A stretch of DNA of 61,700 bases, counting the filler, from Sphacelaria rigidula (taxonomy: Eukaryota), in assembly GCA_964200075.2 (NCBI GenBank). It is 7 parts of 7 records of this genome, joined end to end, with 100 filler letters (N's around TTAATTAATTAA, not from the genome) between each part and the next. Parts side by side here need not be neighbours in the genome. Positions count along the whole stretch, not along the records: positions 17,659 to 26,387 come from CAXNAA020010254.1; positions 26,488 to 35,216 come from CAXNAA020010255.1; positions 35,317 to 44,044 come from CAXNAA020010256.1; 4 more parts are not named here. The stretch is one strand, 5' to 3'. This document shows, piece by piece, positions 23,362 to 39,085 of the stretch (position 1 is its first letter; every line of letters begins with the position of its first letter). A program made the position numbers and the translations under genes. The notes under the pieces are model-generated. The model saw only the letters and a program-made list of their open reading frames with translations, did not search any database and had not been told where the DNA came from.

Positions 23362-25819
23362 CACACCCTGGGCAATACAACATGTTTTCGATATATATAT
23401 ATATTAGTCGATCATATCGGAATCATGCGATATATTTTGGTACCCTTGGACTGCACACGTATTGCGCGCCCAACATCTATTGATGTCGTGTGACTGCATA
23501 TATATTGCCCGCCCAATAGGGTCGCATTGGTGAGAATATATTGACCGATCAATATATATTGGGACCGCGTGCGTGCCAATATATTGGCCGGCCAATATTT
23601 ATATTGGGTATTCTCAGTATGGTGTGCGCTCTGAGAAAGATCCAGAGGCAATGGATGCAGGAGCCCGTGCAGATTGGGAAAGGCTTCAAAAGAAGCCGCA
23701 GAAGTTCGCGTGCATTGCTACGTAGAGTTGTCGAATGCCTTTGATATTATTATATATATAATGGCCAGAAAATATGGTGACGGAAGAGGCTGCCCGGTAT
23801 ATAATATAATAATAATCAAATGATTGACTAATTAATTAATGTGTTTTTGAGGATGGAGTGGGAATGTTTTTGGGACGGTTGGGATGGGATACAGTATTAT
23901 ATTCTTGGAGAAGAGGAGGACAAAATGGATGAAAAATTCAATATATCGACAATATCCGCAAAATCAGACTACCAGCGACCGGCGCAAATATTTCGAAAGA
24001 ATAGGAATAAACAGACCAGCGATCCCTCGCTGAAGAGGAGCTTAGGTATATTTTGTCGACCCCAGTGATATCCGTTATCGTCGCCGATCGAGTGGCTTGT
24101 GTAGTCGGGGAGAACGATTGTCCCCTCAAAGGGAACCTCGAGCCACAGGGTTATGGCTGCCTCCCACAAGGGGTCGACGGAGGCATACGTCCGTCCTCCT
24201 GGGTGCTGCCAGCCTGCGATGCTGAGGACGCGAAGGGGGTGGCATCCGATCTCAAGAGCTTAATCCGTCCGTTGAAGCTGCAGGCTGGATCTAATGCGAC
24301 CTCCGTGGCGTCCTCACTGTCGCAGGCTGGCAGCACCCAGGAAGACGGGAAAATGACCTTGTCGACCCCATGTGGGAGGTACCTATAACCCTGTGCCTTG
24401 AGGTTCCCTCTGATAAGAAACCCGCTCTCAGCTGCTACACTCAACTCGGGACGTCGATGAAAATCAATGGGGCTGACATACGAATGTGCAGCACCACTGA
24501 TGCTGTGTTGAGGGCACCAGAAACAAATGATGGGGAAGAGATTGCGTGGTGGCGAGACAGTTTGACATGTCGGTTCGTCCGTCGTAGGGAAATTCACGAG
24601 TTCGCCGGTGAGTACAAGCGGGGAGTAAAATTTGAAATATATAGCCTATGAGAATCATCGTATACCGGCTGTACACGTCGGACAGTTCGAAAAATGCAAC
24701 GTATCGATATCTGCTAAAACAAGGGGATAATGTACAAATTCACCGGCGAACAAGAGTGGAGAGTAAAAGTTTGAAAAATGCCAATGAGCACGATCATATC
24801 GCGGCTGTACGCGTCGGGCTGTCCGTGATATTTAACGTATCAAACTCTTCACCATAAAATACGTAAAATGGTGAAATCTGCCCGGAATAAGAGGGAAAAA
24901 TTATTGATTCGCCGAGGAAATAGTTATCGCCGATGAGTCCTCGAAGACATTGAAGCAACAACATATATTGCTCGTGTCATGGTCGCGGAAAGAATGCATG
25001 ACATATATATTGGACATGCACTCGCTCCGGGAAGAAGACATTCGATAAATATTATGCATGTCAGCCGTGTATGTACTGCCGTGTCAATATATATTTTGAG
25101 TCGATACGATGCGTAACATATTGTTACTAAAATATATATATATATATACGGAACACAAACGATGCAAAATTATTATTTTCCCGATATATATATATATAAA
25201 TATATTGAACGCGCTCATTGCAATGCTTTTGTGCAGCTAATATATATTGAACACGCTCGCGGAGGAATATATTGAGCATTGTCGGCATGTGGTGACACGT
25301 CTCTCACTGGCGCCCGCGAACACACCATTTCCCACCATACTAGTTCCAGCCCACTTTCCAACCTACATGTTGAATCATCAACATATTTCGCTCCACCACT
25401 ACGTATTGCGACCATCGGTTTCCTCGTGTAGTGTCCGCCCAAAATATATTGGACGCATTGACCCACGACATATTAGGGCAGCAACATATATTGGCGCTTC
25501 AGGTGGTGGCTACATTATTGAACCGTTAGTATATATTGACCTCGTATGCCGACCAATGTATTCTAGACAAAAATATTTTGGTGCCTTACCTCACCAACAT
25601 ATTACTCGGCCGTTATATATTGAGGTTTCGCGTGTCGGGATATATTGTTCGGTCGATATATATTGCATGTCGTGAGCCTTGACATATTACTGGCACGATA
25701 TATATTGACCTGTCTCTCGCCACATCATATTGCTCGACCAATATACACATATTGACCACCCGACGCGTCGGCATATTGGGCGAGCAATATATATTACATG
25801 TTGTATTGTCCAGGGTGTG
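23362..25819. mobile_element. 2.46-kb non-autonomous TIR element with CAC..GTG ends and subterminal ATATATTG arrays (CACTA/CMC-like architecture)
   Basis: 23-bp TIR cacaccctgggcaatacaacatg / catgttgtattgtccagggtgtg (1 mismatch). Many ATATATTG/CAATATAT motifs at 23390-23800 and 24960-25800. No clear TSD. Confidence 0.8.
24126..24413. repeat. GC-rich ~290-bp foldback with ~100-bp arms
   Basis: agggaacctc..cctgggtgctgccagcctgcga..gaggacgc pairs with gcgtcctca..tcgcaggctggcagcacccagg..gaggttccct. Confidence 0.85.
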
Positions 25820-26487
25820 TAGTTTTCCATCCTCGTATCCGACATTTTTGTATGTGCTGTAAGTCTCCCATATCGGTACCTGACAGTTGTGTACGATATG
25901 TACGATCCATAAGAATTGTTTACGCGGGTAAGGATTTCTGTGTATCATCAATACGTTACTCGACAGGTTCTGTGATATTATCAGGACTTTCATACCGGTA
26001 CGCGGCAGTCCTGTGTCACGAGGTTGTAAGGCTTTATCACAGAATCTCTCACTGTAGTGCAGGAACACACCAAGCACAGCAGTGCAATCACCTGTCTGGG
26101 ATACAACTCGTGACGGGTTCACGCACAATAGGTTGATAACTACTTGACTCAAGGCTCTTGTTTCAGATATTCTCCTTGTCTTGCTCACTTTCTTCTTGCT
26201 CAATGCTTTTTCCGCGCTTATGTCTCACCAATCAGGCAACAGTCAGATGCTCTTTCCTGGGGAGCTCGGCAGGGGCTCGCATGTGCTGTCTCAGGCTCTA
26301 ATGATACCCTTTTATAGGTGTACACACTATATCTGACCCTCCGATCAGACCCGTTATGCAAAATCCAAACATCGAAACGATGTCTAANNNNNNNNNNNNN
26401 NNNNNNNNNNNNNNNNNNNNNNNNNNNNNNNTTAATTAATTAANNNNNNNNNNNNNNNNNNNNNNNNNNNNNNNNNNNNNNNNNNNN

Positions 26488-26628
26488 AATTTTGTATACC
26501 CACGACAGGGTCGCTCTCCACTGTTGGGGATGGTGTGAGAAAAAATCCCATATCGCTCCGAGAATTGAACCCACGATCCAACCGTCGGATGGTTTTGAGG
26601 TTACCAACTGAGCCGTGGGGCGACCGGT
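26488..26628 (-). mobile_element. 5' head of SINE S1 at scaffold start
   Basis: Matches 4060-4206 and the reverse complement of 42986-43125. Confidence 0.8.
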
Positions 26629-26752
26629 ATAAAGGACTGCGGAATAATGCGGCCCAATTCTGTCTGATATGATCGCCGTCAATCAGTGTGGGATCATCAG
26701 TTTTTTCTTCATGACAACACAGTTAGTGTGAGCTTCAGTACTACTGGAATGA

Positions 26753-30060
<3,308 letters not shown>

Positions 30061-30264
30061 AACGCGAGGCCGGCTTAGGCCCTTTCTAATCGGGATCATG
30101 TTCTTTCTCGTGCATTTTTTTTAATTCGGTGCAAGATTATTTGTCGTTTCCTCCCTTTTTCAATATTGGGAACAAATTCATCCTCCCGTACAACATGATG
30201 AGGGTAAGTATGAGAGTAGTGAAACGAAGCAGGGTTCAGATCGCAGTCTGCAACAAATGAGTAC

Positions 30265-30297
<33 letters not shown>

Positions 30298-31644
30298 CCC
30301 CGCGCGGGCCGCGCCCCCCCCCCCCCCCCCCGCCCGGGGCGGGNNNNNNNNNNAACATGATGGGGGAAAGTATGAGGGTAGGAAAACGAAGGAGGGTTCA
30401 AACCCCAGTCTGCAACAAATGGGTACCCCCCCCCCCCCCCCCGCCCACCAGTATGATGGCTCTGGACTGTGCTAACCTCGACCTCAGCCCGTGTCTGGTG
30501 AAGAGCAGTTGGAGTTTGAAGACTTGAATGAACGAGGCATTTTTGTGAATGCACCCAACAAATTTGAAGATTACATTCCGAGGGAAGTGGGGAAATCGAA
30601 TCGCAGTCTGGACGACTGACCCTCCTTGCGATGGACGTTTTGTTTTTATGAACAGTTGGGGAAGGATCAGAAATCGCGAACTACTCAGTTGAAATCGGCT
30701 GAACGCGGCGCCTCTCTCGGGGCGAGCGTTGGATCATCAAGACCTGATCACGGGATAACGGGAGTCGTACCGCTCATCTGTCGGCTGTTTTCTGAAATCA
30801 AGACATGTATTATATGATCAAGTATCATAGTAGATGGTTTGAGGTACATTTACCAAGCGTAAGACAGCGCATAGAAGGTGTGGTCGGGAGTCGAGGATTC
30901 GTACGCAAGGTGTGGCATTCGAAGAGATAGCTTGTAACAAGAGATGGAGGTAGGGCTGCCGTCGTGTGAGAAATCTGCTGCTCAACCGAGGGGAAAAAAA
31001 GGGTGGACACGGTTTCCAAAACGACGTGGTGATATACTTTGCTTTGGTTTGTGTATTCCGTCACTACTCCTCGAAACGTGGAAACGGCAATGAGAATCAA
31101 ATCGTTTCCTCCTCTCTCCCTCGGAGTCCAGACGGGTCTCAAAATCCGGAAGCCGATCTTGCTTGCCGTTCACCATCTTACAGTGTTGTCCCAACTTTCC
31201 CTCGTCTGCCGCAGGGTTTTTTTTTTTTGTTTTCACAGTGTTTGTCGCGAAAAGTCGCGTATGCGGACGAGTAAGTTTGCGCGCGCATGAGCGCCAAGGG
31301 AAACCAGTACCGTACAGACATAAAAGGCAAAGAGGTTAGTAACGCCAAGGGTGTGCCGCGCCTGTCACACGTGATATTGCACAGAGTCCCGGTCGTGTAA
31401 CAACGGCCTGTCCGTTGCCGTATCCCATTTGCCGTGTTTATTTCTGACCGGTGATTGAAACAACACGTACGGTTCACCACCTCCGGCGTATTTCTTCCAC
31501 AATATATGTCGATCTCCACGTAGGCGTTTACCCTAAAAAAGGTGATTGAAGCGCGTGGAGGTGTTCATCGGATGCTTCTAGCACCAGCCACGTTGACTTA
31601 CGCGTACAGCGTGAGTCCTTTTGATTGAGCCCTTGTGTGTCAAT

Positions 31645-31869
31645 GCAAACGTTTCAAGGGCAGGTCGAGTACAGTTTCCTCAATTGCGGGGTATTTCGAA
31701 AGACGCATTTGGGGTGCTCAAAATAGGGTAGAGTGTTGGGAGTTGTACGCAAAATATAAGTGGAAAGCGATCCCTGAAACCCTACCCCCAATTTGTGTAC
31801 TTCAAGTACGACTTTCAAAATACCCCGCAATTGAGTATACTCTACTCGACCCACCCTTGAAACGTTTGC
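31645..31869. mobile_element. ~225-bp foldback MITE
   Basis: TIR gcaaacgtttcaaggg / cccttgaaacgtttgc, with further pairing (ctcaattgcggggtattt / aaataccccgcaattgag). Confidence 0.75.
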
Positions 31870-32635
31870 TACAAGACTTGATTTTAGTGTACAATCAATA
31901 TCCTTCAGCAGTAGAAATCCCAAAAACTTCGCAGTAGAGGAAGGTATTAACGGAGGGTACCGAGGCTTGATCGTGAAGAAGGGATTGGTGACATCTATCT
32001 CGCCAGAATATGGATACCACCTATCTTGTGTTGGTGGGAGATTAAGGGTTGAGCTACTGAGGGCTGCTACTCTCGTTGTATTCCTCTTCGAAACGCACCG
32101 ACAGACCCACCGATTGCTCGTTTTATTCGTCGCTATTTCTGATGTTGTACTCAAAAGTCTGGTTGTCGTCACTTCGCGGTAAAAACAGTGTCAACTGTTG
32201 TTGTTGAGGTCCATAGCGTCAAGAGGGGGGGCGAGAGAGAGTCAACCAAGCGAATAACATGGAAGAAATATGTAGTAACACTCATCCATCAAGTAAACAG
32301 CAGTACATGATGCTGGTTTGGCGGATAGATTGACATGTGTATACCTGGGCGATTGAGGAGTTGTAAGTCTGCTGACCAATCATGTCTCGGTCAAATATTA
32401 TGTTGAACACCCCTGACCCAGTATGGTTCAGCAAATAACCCCACACGCCCCATGGTCTATTGTAAACAAGTACAAAGGGTCGACGTTTGGTTTACATAAA
32501 ATATGAAAAATGCAGAGAACCGCGTGATTGCTTCTAGACTTCTTTGGATATTCTTAGCGAGAAAGAAGCCGAGTAACATACTGTGCCTGGGTAAATGAAG
32601 TCAATTGCCACGGTTTGAACAACAGTACAGTATAC

Positions 32636-33519
32636 AACACGGGATTAAAAGAACTGGGGATGGATTTTTTAATTGAGGATGAGAAACCCGGAGAACTAAA
32701 ATCTTCGTATCCACACCAAATGTTCGGAATATGGTTCCATTTCTTCACACTTGCTAGTAGCTATTTACAGTTGATTCTCGAAAGAGGGGTTGAAGAAACA
32801 AATGAGGTTCAACTCAAAAGCCATGCTTTCCCTGACCGAAATTCATAGCAAATGACTTTCATAAGGACGACCTCATCCCTCCCGACCTCCCCAAAACTAT
32901 TTCGCGGGGTTTCTAGCCTTCTGTTCCTCCAGAGGGTAAGTGCGAAAGCACACTATTGCCCCGATTTCGGGGTGAAAAAAGAACGTTTTCTGGCCCAAAA
33001 ATCGTGCTTTCGCACATACCCTTTGGGAAAATGGAAGGCTAGAAACCCCCCGAAATAGTTTTAGGGGGGGTCAGGAGGGATGAGGTTGTCCGTATGAAAG
33101 TCATTTGTCACGAATTTAGGTCAGGGAAAGCACGGCTTTTGAGTTGAATCTCATTTTTTGTTTCAACCTCATTTTCGATAATCAACTGTTTATTGGCAAC
33201 TGCTATACGCCATGCAAAGTTGGGATTCCGGTATCCGAAGTATTGGGGTCGTAGGTGAAGAAGCAATTTTGGGGAATTTCGGCGATCTGATCTGATCATC
33301 TAAATTCCCCCAAAATATTTTTCCACCTCGGACCCCAACATGTCGGTTATCAGAACCCAAATTTATATGGCGTGTAGTACTATAATAGTTGTCAATAGCT
33401 ACCAGTAGGTGAGGGAATGGAACTATATTTCGAAGATTTGGTGTGGATACGAATGTTTTATTTCTTCGGGTCCTCATTCTCGGAAACAAATCCATCCTCA
33501 ATTTGTAAAATCCCGTGTT
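32636..33519. mobile_element. Foldback MITE related to family B, interrupted by a family A MITE
   Basis: TIR aacacgggatt / aatcccgtgtt. Arms match 46580-46990. Confidence 0.8.
32766..33190. mobile_element. Foldback MITE family A (425 bp), nested, TSD TATT
   Basis: tacagttgatt..aatcaactgtt with ~185-bp inverted arms. Removing it and one TATT restores gtagctattg(g/a)caactgcta as seen at 46681. Confidence 0.85.
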
Positions 33520-33999
33520 ACAGTCACTGATTTTGTTTGGTCCTTCAATGGGCGGATCTCGGAAACATTATGTACTCGGGTTCAGAGCAACAGCTAAACA
33601 TGGTTGATTGATACAGTAGTCATGCGTATATTAATTTAATCCTTTCCCCATCATGTTTCTATCCGAGCTACTTGCCACCGTGCTTGTCGTCCAAGCTATG
33701 CTTCGCTGAGCCGAGTCAACAACGAAATTTTGCCCATAACCTGCGGTCTGCACAATACTCCTAGACAAAATATCTCAACACATGTTTCCTGCGCTTGGTC
33801 ACACAAGTCAATCATTCTTGGGATGGGTGCAAACAAGAGATTGTACATGATCACAATTAGACACCAAGGCCCCACTTTGTGGCGTTTGGGGTATGTTTTT
33901 TTTTCTTGGAGGGTGGGGGGTGGGGGGTTGTTTCCAGCCAGTGATGCCGCGCCCCGGTGGTGTAATGGTCCGACTGACTGTCACCATTAAGGTGGAGAG

Positions 34000-34270
34000 A
34001 ACTAAGGTTCGATGATTTCCGATGCGTCGGGTTTTTTTCTTCGTAATACCTCATTTCCACTGAGGAAAGCGTGAGAACGCGAGTAAACAAAGTAGTCGTC
34101 TGAGTTTGTTTGACGTGAGTTGACGCGGTGCGGGAGTTCTGACCCAATCCGCGAGACCAAAATACAAGGCATGTACCGAGGAGAGATGAGTTCATCCCCT
34201 GAGATAACGGACTCGTCCCGAGGAAGGGGAGAGGTTCAACGTGCGACAAAAAAAATGTGCAAGCTGTAGG
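34000..34270 (-). repeat. Internal fragment of piggyBac-like MITE family P2
   Basis: ggactcgtcccgaggaagggga..ggttcaa matches 42525-42600 and the reverse complement of 39950-40120. Confidence 0.6.
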
Positions 34271-34504
34271 TGCATGGTAACGGAGCTTTCCCCCCGTATC
34301 TTGTGGCGCACCATTCGGCACAAACCACCTCCCCTCCCAACAGGAACGGGACGTGTTGGAGGGAGAAGTATGGAAAGTAAACAAAGGTGGCATGAAATCG
34401 TTTGATGCATTGGACAGACAGTACAGTAGCGAGGAAACGGTGACTTTACCAGGAGATAGACTGTGGCCACAGACGGCGAAACAGGACGAGGATTAAGATA
34501 TGTA

Positions 34505-34685
34505 AAATGTTTCTGTGTGTAGCGTATGGAAGAAGCGTCATGAGCGCCGAAATGTTGGAGGTGTCTTCATTAGGAGTAGGAATTAATGGGGTTGGAACGA
34601 TGCTCCATCTCGAAAGGGATGCGTGGTCAGTGGTCAAACGACCAAGGGAAGCAACAAAACGATTACGCCCCTTCCCCTCCCCCAT
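34505..34685 (+). mobile_element. Repeat family R2 with C-rich tail
   Basis: Matches 47654-47830 (gtatgga..gcgcc..atgttggag..ggaacg.tgctcc.tctcgaaagg.atgcgtggtca.tggtcaa). Confidence 0.8.
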
Positions 34686-35631
34686 GGGCAATGCTAATGG
34701 ACATTGAGGTGCCGCAGCTTTCCAGCCCTTTTTCCAAAACTGCCCCGTTGAATTTGGGTGTGGATTGAAAAACTAGCCCCGTCGGTCTGGTCGGCAGCAG
34801 CAGCTATCGCGCGTCTAGCCGAGGGGCATGGCGACCGCTGGATCTACAACCACTTGTTTGAACCCCCGTCAATTCCCTTGATTTTTGGGCTTGCGCTCGT
34901 ACTCTCAAGGGGGGGTGCTTGACACCTTGGCTACGTTGCCCATTCTTTCCAAGAATCAGCCCCCATCGTTGACAGTGTGGACTACCCTCATCGGGTAATG
35001 CTGGCTTCTTGGGATCCAGTGAAGTCGTTATGAACGGAAACACAATGCACACATTTCGATGAAAGCAGGCATGACGCGCGTATGACTTGAGATAAGCACC
35101 AACTGCTTCAATTTTTCTCTTCGGAATGGGTGCAGGTGTTACAAAATGTTCACGGTTAGGACAAATAATGATTCGTCAGAAAATTACTTGGTTTTAGTAT
35201 AATAAGTTGACTCGTGNNNNNNNNNNNNNNNNNNNNNNNNNNNNNNNNNNNNNNNNNNNNTTAATTAATTAANNNNNNNNNNNNNNNNNNNNNNNNNNNN
35301 NNNNNNNNNNNNNNNNTCTGCCAGGTTTTATCCGTTTCTGGGCTGGCCCAGCTCGTAGGCGGCATGTGAAACTAAACACAAAATACTCTGCACCGCATAT
35401 ACCGTCCTATATAGGCTGCACACCCCAATGATCCTGCGTTGAAAATACACCGTTTCAACGATCTTACGTGGATTTCGTTCGCTGATGGTGGCAGGCAGGC
35501 GCATGGAGGGTTACACTCCCTGCATGATATTGAGTATGGTATAATGAAGTTTGAAAAGCGATGTTTGCACCTCCACCAAAGGTAATGACATATGATACAC
35601 GTGCATACTGTATGTACTGTTGTATGTGGTA

Positions 35632-35664
<33 letters not shown>

Positions 35665-35851
35665 CTTCACATTAAAAATGTATACAGTATGTAGAAGTAT
35701 AACCTTTGGCCTCCACCGCGGATCCGCGTAAGCATCAAGACCCCCCAGTCACACAGTTCACACAGTCCCGAGAAAGCACAACGAAACCGTTGTGGGGACT
35801 CTCTTGGATGTTCTGCCTTCTCCCATAGCATAAGATTCCGACTGAGGGGAC

Positions 35852-35989
35852 ATGGCTGGGCGCAAGCTGCACAACGATGAGGCAGCAGCATTACTGGATC
35901 CAGTAAGCAATATCAACAACAGCAGAGGGGATGGTGGGGGTGGTGGAGGTGACGCCGTGAAGCCATCACATAACGAGGCTACCAAGAAG
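35852..35989 (+). CDS. Possible first exon of an unknown gene (MAGRKLHNDEAAALLDPVSNINNSRGDGGGGGGGDAVKPSHNEATKK)
   Basis: ATG to AAG|gttcgt donor with coding-like composition only. Confidence 0.3.
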
Positions 35990-36966
35990 GTTCGTTTCAC
36001 ATCTCTGTAACTTACTCTCTGCAGTTCATATTGTACGGAATGCACACATACAAAAAGTACGAAAGTACTTGTACGGGATGCACTACTGCCGCACTGTCTG
36101 TAGCTCCTTTTGCCTACTCTCGTACAACGGAGTATTTTTACAGTTGAGTATGAGGCCGTTTGGGGCTGTACAACCAGGGACATGTGCAGTGCAGACAGTG
36201 GAATCGAAAGACACGTTATGATCATCGTGATAGGTAGCGACAACGACAAATTACGCGATAGGCGCAACCATTGAGCAGCGCTGCACTATACTGTCTGCAC
36301 GAGTTGATACTTTGTTTTACTCTGGAGTTGGCCCTCTGGGTGGGCGGAGCGTTTGCTCCGCGAGTTTGAACGGCACGACATTGTCTGGTCTGAACATCAG
36401 CACTGCTGTGCCGTCAGCACGTTCAGCAGAGTGCAACGAAGCTATTGTCCTGCTGTAACACAATCAGTATAGCACACTGTGGTAGTAAGACATACCTAAG
36501 CCAGCAGACGAAGAAAGGGCTGCAGAGGCACCCCGGAGTTTAATTTCATTATTTGTTTCATTCACGGCGAAATGCCACAATTTGCGGCTGTTGTTGTGAC
36601 GACACTGCTGACAAGACAGTCTATGCGAAAAGTCTGCAGTCGAGACATGCTTAAAGAATGCCACCATTCGGAGTTACAGTTGCTTGCTGTGTCACCCCAA
36701 CAAAGGCACTGCATGCATGCAGGCAAGAGGCGGCTGACAAACACCCCTCGAGGTTGTCATTCTTCGTTTCCATCGAAAGGGGGGTAGCAACGTTTCCACG
36801 ACTTGGTGACACTCCTTCTCAATCAGTCCGGGACGTTTAAAATACCACGACCTGCGACTGAAGTTGCTTCCTGCGTACTGTACCATCACCGCGACCTCCG
36901 CACAACATTGAGAATTGGCCATTTCCACAAATTCTGCGCGGGCACAAAACAGGCTGGCGTGGCGGG

Positions 36967-37007
36967 ACAAAGGGTATGACTCTAGCAGCTAGAGTCATAC
37001 CCTTTGT
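36967..37007. repeat. Perfect 41-bp palindrome (20-bp arms, 1-nt centre)
   Basis: acaaagggtatgactctagc-a-gctagagtcataccctttgt. Confidence 0.95.
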
Positions 37008-38729
37008 GAGGGGATAATGACCGTTATTTTTTCAATTCTACCGCATGTGACGGAGTATAACACCCCCCAAGTGACATCCTCATTGGACAATCCTCCTGAG
37101 TGAGTGGTGCATCCCCATCGCAGCTGTCCTTGTCCGTTCCTTCCAACACTTTTTTTTCGATCGATAAAGTGCGGTCAATTTTTTTTTGCCGATCTGATGG
37201 GTCGACCGCATTTATGCTCCTAGAAGGCTTCAATTCAAAATCCTTATTAGCGGCGCGCGGAGAAAAACTATTCTAGACAAACAATACTGTAGTCCTTTTC
37301 GATCAAAAGCATGCGGTCAAGAGGAACGAAACGGCACTTGACTCCTATCTTACAGACCACCACGCCAGATAACACCTGTTCACAGGACCGTGCAAACTCC
37401 ATCCAACTTATTCTCAGCTACCACCGGAACCCTGCAGCATAGAGCACGACTTGAGCTCAGGGATGGATACACTGCAGTTGTTGGATCTACCTCGTTTAGT
37501 TTTTGTTGGCGAAAACCTCCATATCTTCTTTCGTGGTGGGGATTAGCGACGAAACTGCGTGGTACGGTAGTCAACCGAGTTGTGTGCACGCTCATTCACA
37601 GTGCAGGCGGTACAATTCTGCACGTTGCTGAAGTCATTTTCACGTCGCATTGTAAGCAGAGAGAACTGGTAGTGCTGGGCTGTCTGCACTGCACGTTGCC
37701 CGCTTCTCTTTTATATCCTCCTGTACGAAATACGCACATACGCACTCAAGACACTGCTTGCAAGCAGTGCAGACAGTACAGACTGTCTGTATCCGTACCG
37801 TACACGAGTGATCATGTACCTTTTCACGATTTCCTCTGTCTTTTCTCGATCGAAAGCTTGAAAATCCATCTGGACCCAGCTACATCAAAACGAGAAAATT
37901 CGCTCAAATCGATTCCACTGCCCCATTTTTTCGATCGAAAAGAAAAAGTGCCAGAACACGCCCAAACGCTGACCAACCCCCGAAACAGAATTGATCATGC
38001 CACCGCAGGTTCGAGTTTTTTTTTTTTGCAGTTGCGGCGTGTACCACGTTGGTTCCCAGCCCTCACCATATCTAAACGCAGCAGATCGTTACCTTCGCAT
38101 GCTCCCCACCTTTCAGGGATGGAAGCATCACGGCTCACAGAGCAGTGTCTTGTATCTTTCCGTTATCGATTTTTCGCTCGATCGGAGGCTCTCGCAGGCT
38201 CTCGCAAGAGTGTCGAAGATGTCCCGGGTTGTAGTCGCAAGGTCTCGCTTATGCGAGATATTTCGATGTTGATCAGTTGGTGAGAAAATCATCGAGTTGC
38301 TTGATCGATTTTATCTCTCACCGCGATCGTACCAGCCAGACGGACCTCATGTGGAATAAGCAGAAAACGCGTGCGCTAGAGAAAACCGGAGTAAAAATCA
38401 GGGGCCAGTGCAGAGAACAAGCAACAGCCCAGTGCGTGTACACAGTTGTGCTCGGCATCGGTGTCGCAGCAGCAGTCCATGACAGTCGAGGAAACACCCG
38501 GCGTTGGGGGGAAGGGTTGATCCTTGGGGGTGCGGACTGGTCCTGCAGAAGTGAAGGAGTTAAGAGCGCCAAGAAGAAAGATGGATGCACCTAGGGTGCT
38601 TTTCGAATGATTTTTTTTGCGCGCTTGAATTTTTTTTAGGTAACCATGATGGTCGAGCTAGATCATATTGTGCGGGGTGGAGGACCCGAACTCCGCCCAA
38701 AGAGGACGATCGTACTACGTGATGTTTAG

Positions 38730-39085
38730 ATGGTGAGACACCCATGAGGCAGTGTGGAACCCGTGGCTGTCTCTGGAAGTGGCGATACCAGAAAATAAAG
38801 AAACTCATCGTAGGCTGTCATCCGAACGCAGATAATGAGTAGGTTTCGGACCGAACAAGCTCAGCCGGATGCAGCTCACCCTTCATGCCACTCGCCGAAC
38901 TCATCAGGGCGGTGCGCGCTTGGTGCTTGATTGCGAGCCTGGTCAGGCGAAAATCCGGCGTGCTCCGTCCCGGCTTTGTAGGGATGCGAGGCCAATGGTC
39001 ATACGACTACCGCATGCAAGATCATGAGTACACCCCCCCCTCCCCCCTGAAGAGGAGATACGTGGTCAATGGTCAAACGACTAAT
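38730..39085 (+). mobile_element. Full-length R1 (38730-39046) followed by a short extra R2-type 3' module
   Basis: atggtgagacacccatgagg..gggatgcgaggccaatggtcatacgactac..catgagtacacccccccctccccc, then gatacgtggtcaatggtcaaacgactaa. Confidence 0.8.

Noticed and set aside
23390..25800. CRISPR-like array from recurring ATATATTG motifs
   Set aside because: The motifs are ~8-10 nt, irregularly spaced, in both orientations and bounded by TIRs, so they are transposon subterminal repeats. No cas genes are present.
30190..30445. Tandem duplication around the 10-N gap
   Set aside because: The second copy looks like an error-rich re-read next to homopolymers, probably a scaffolding artefact.
37390..38283. 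297-aa ORF as a real gene
   Set aside because: Runs through TTTCGATCGAAA repeat sequence with no recognisable domain or splice context.
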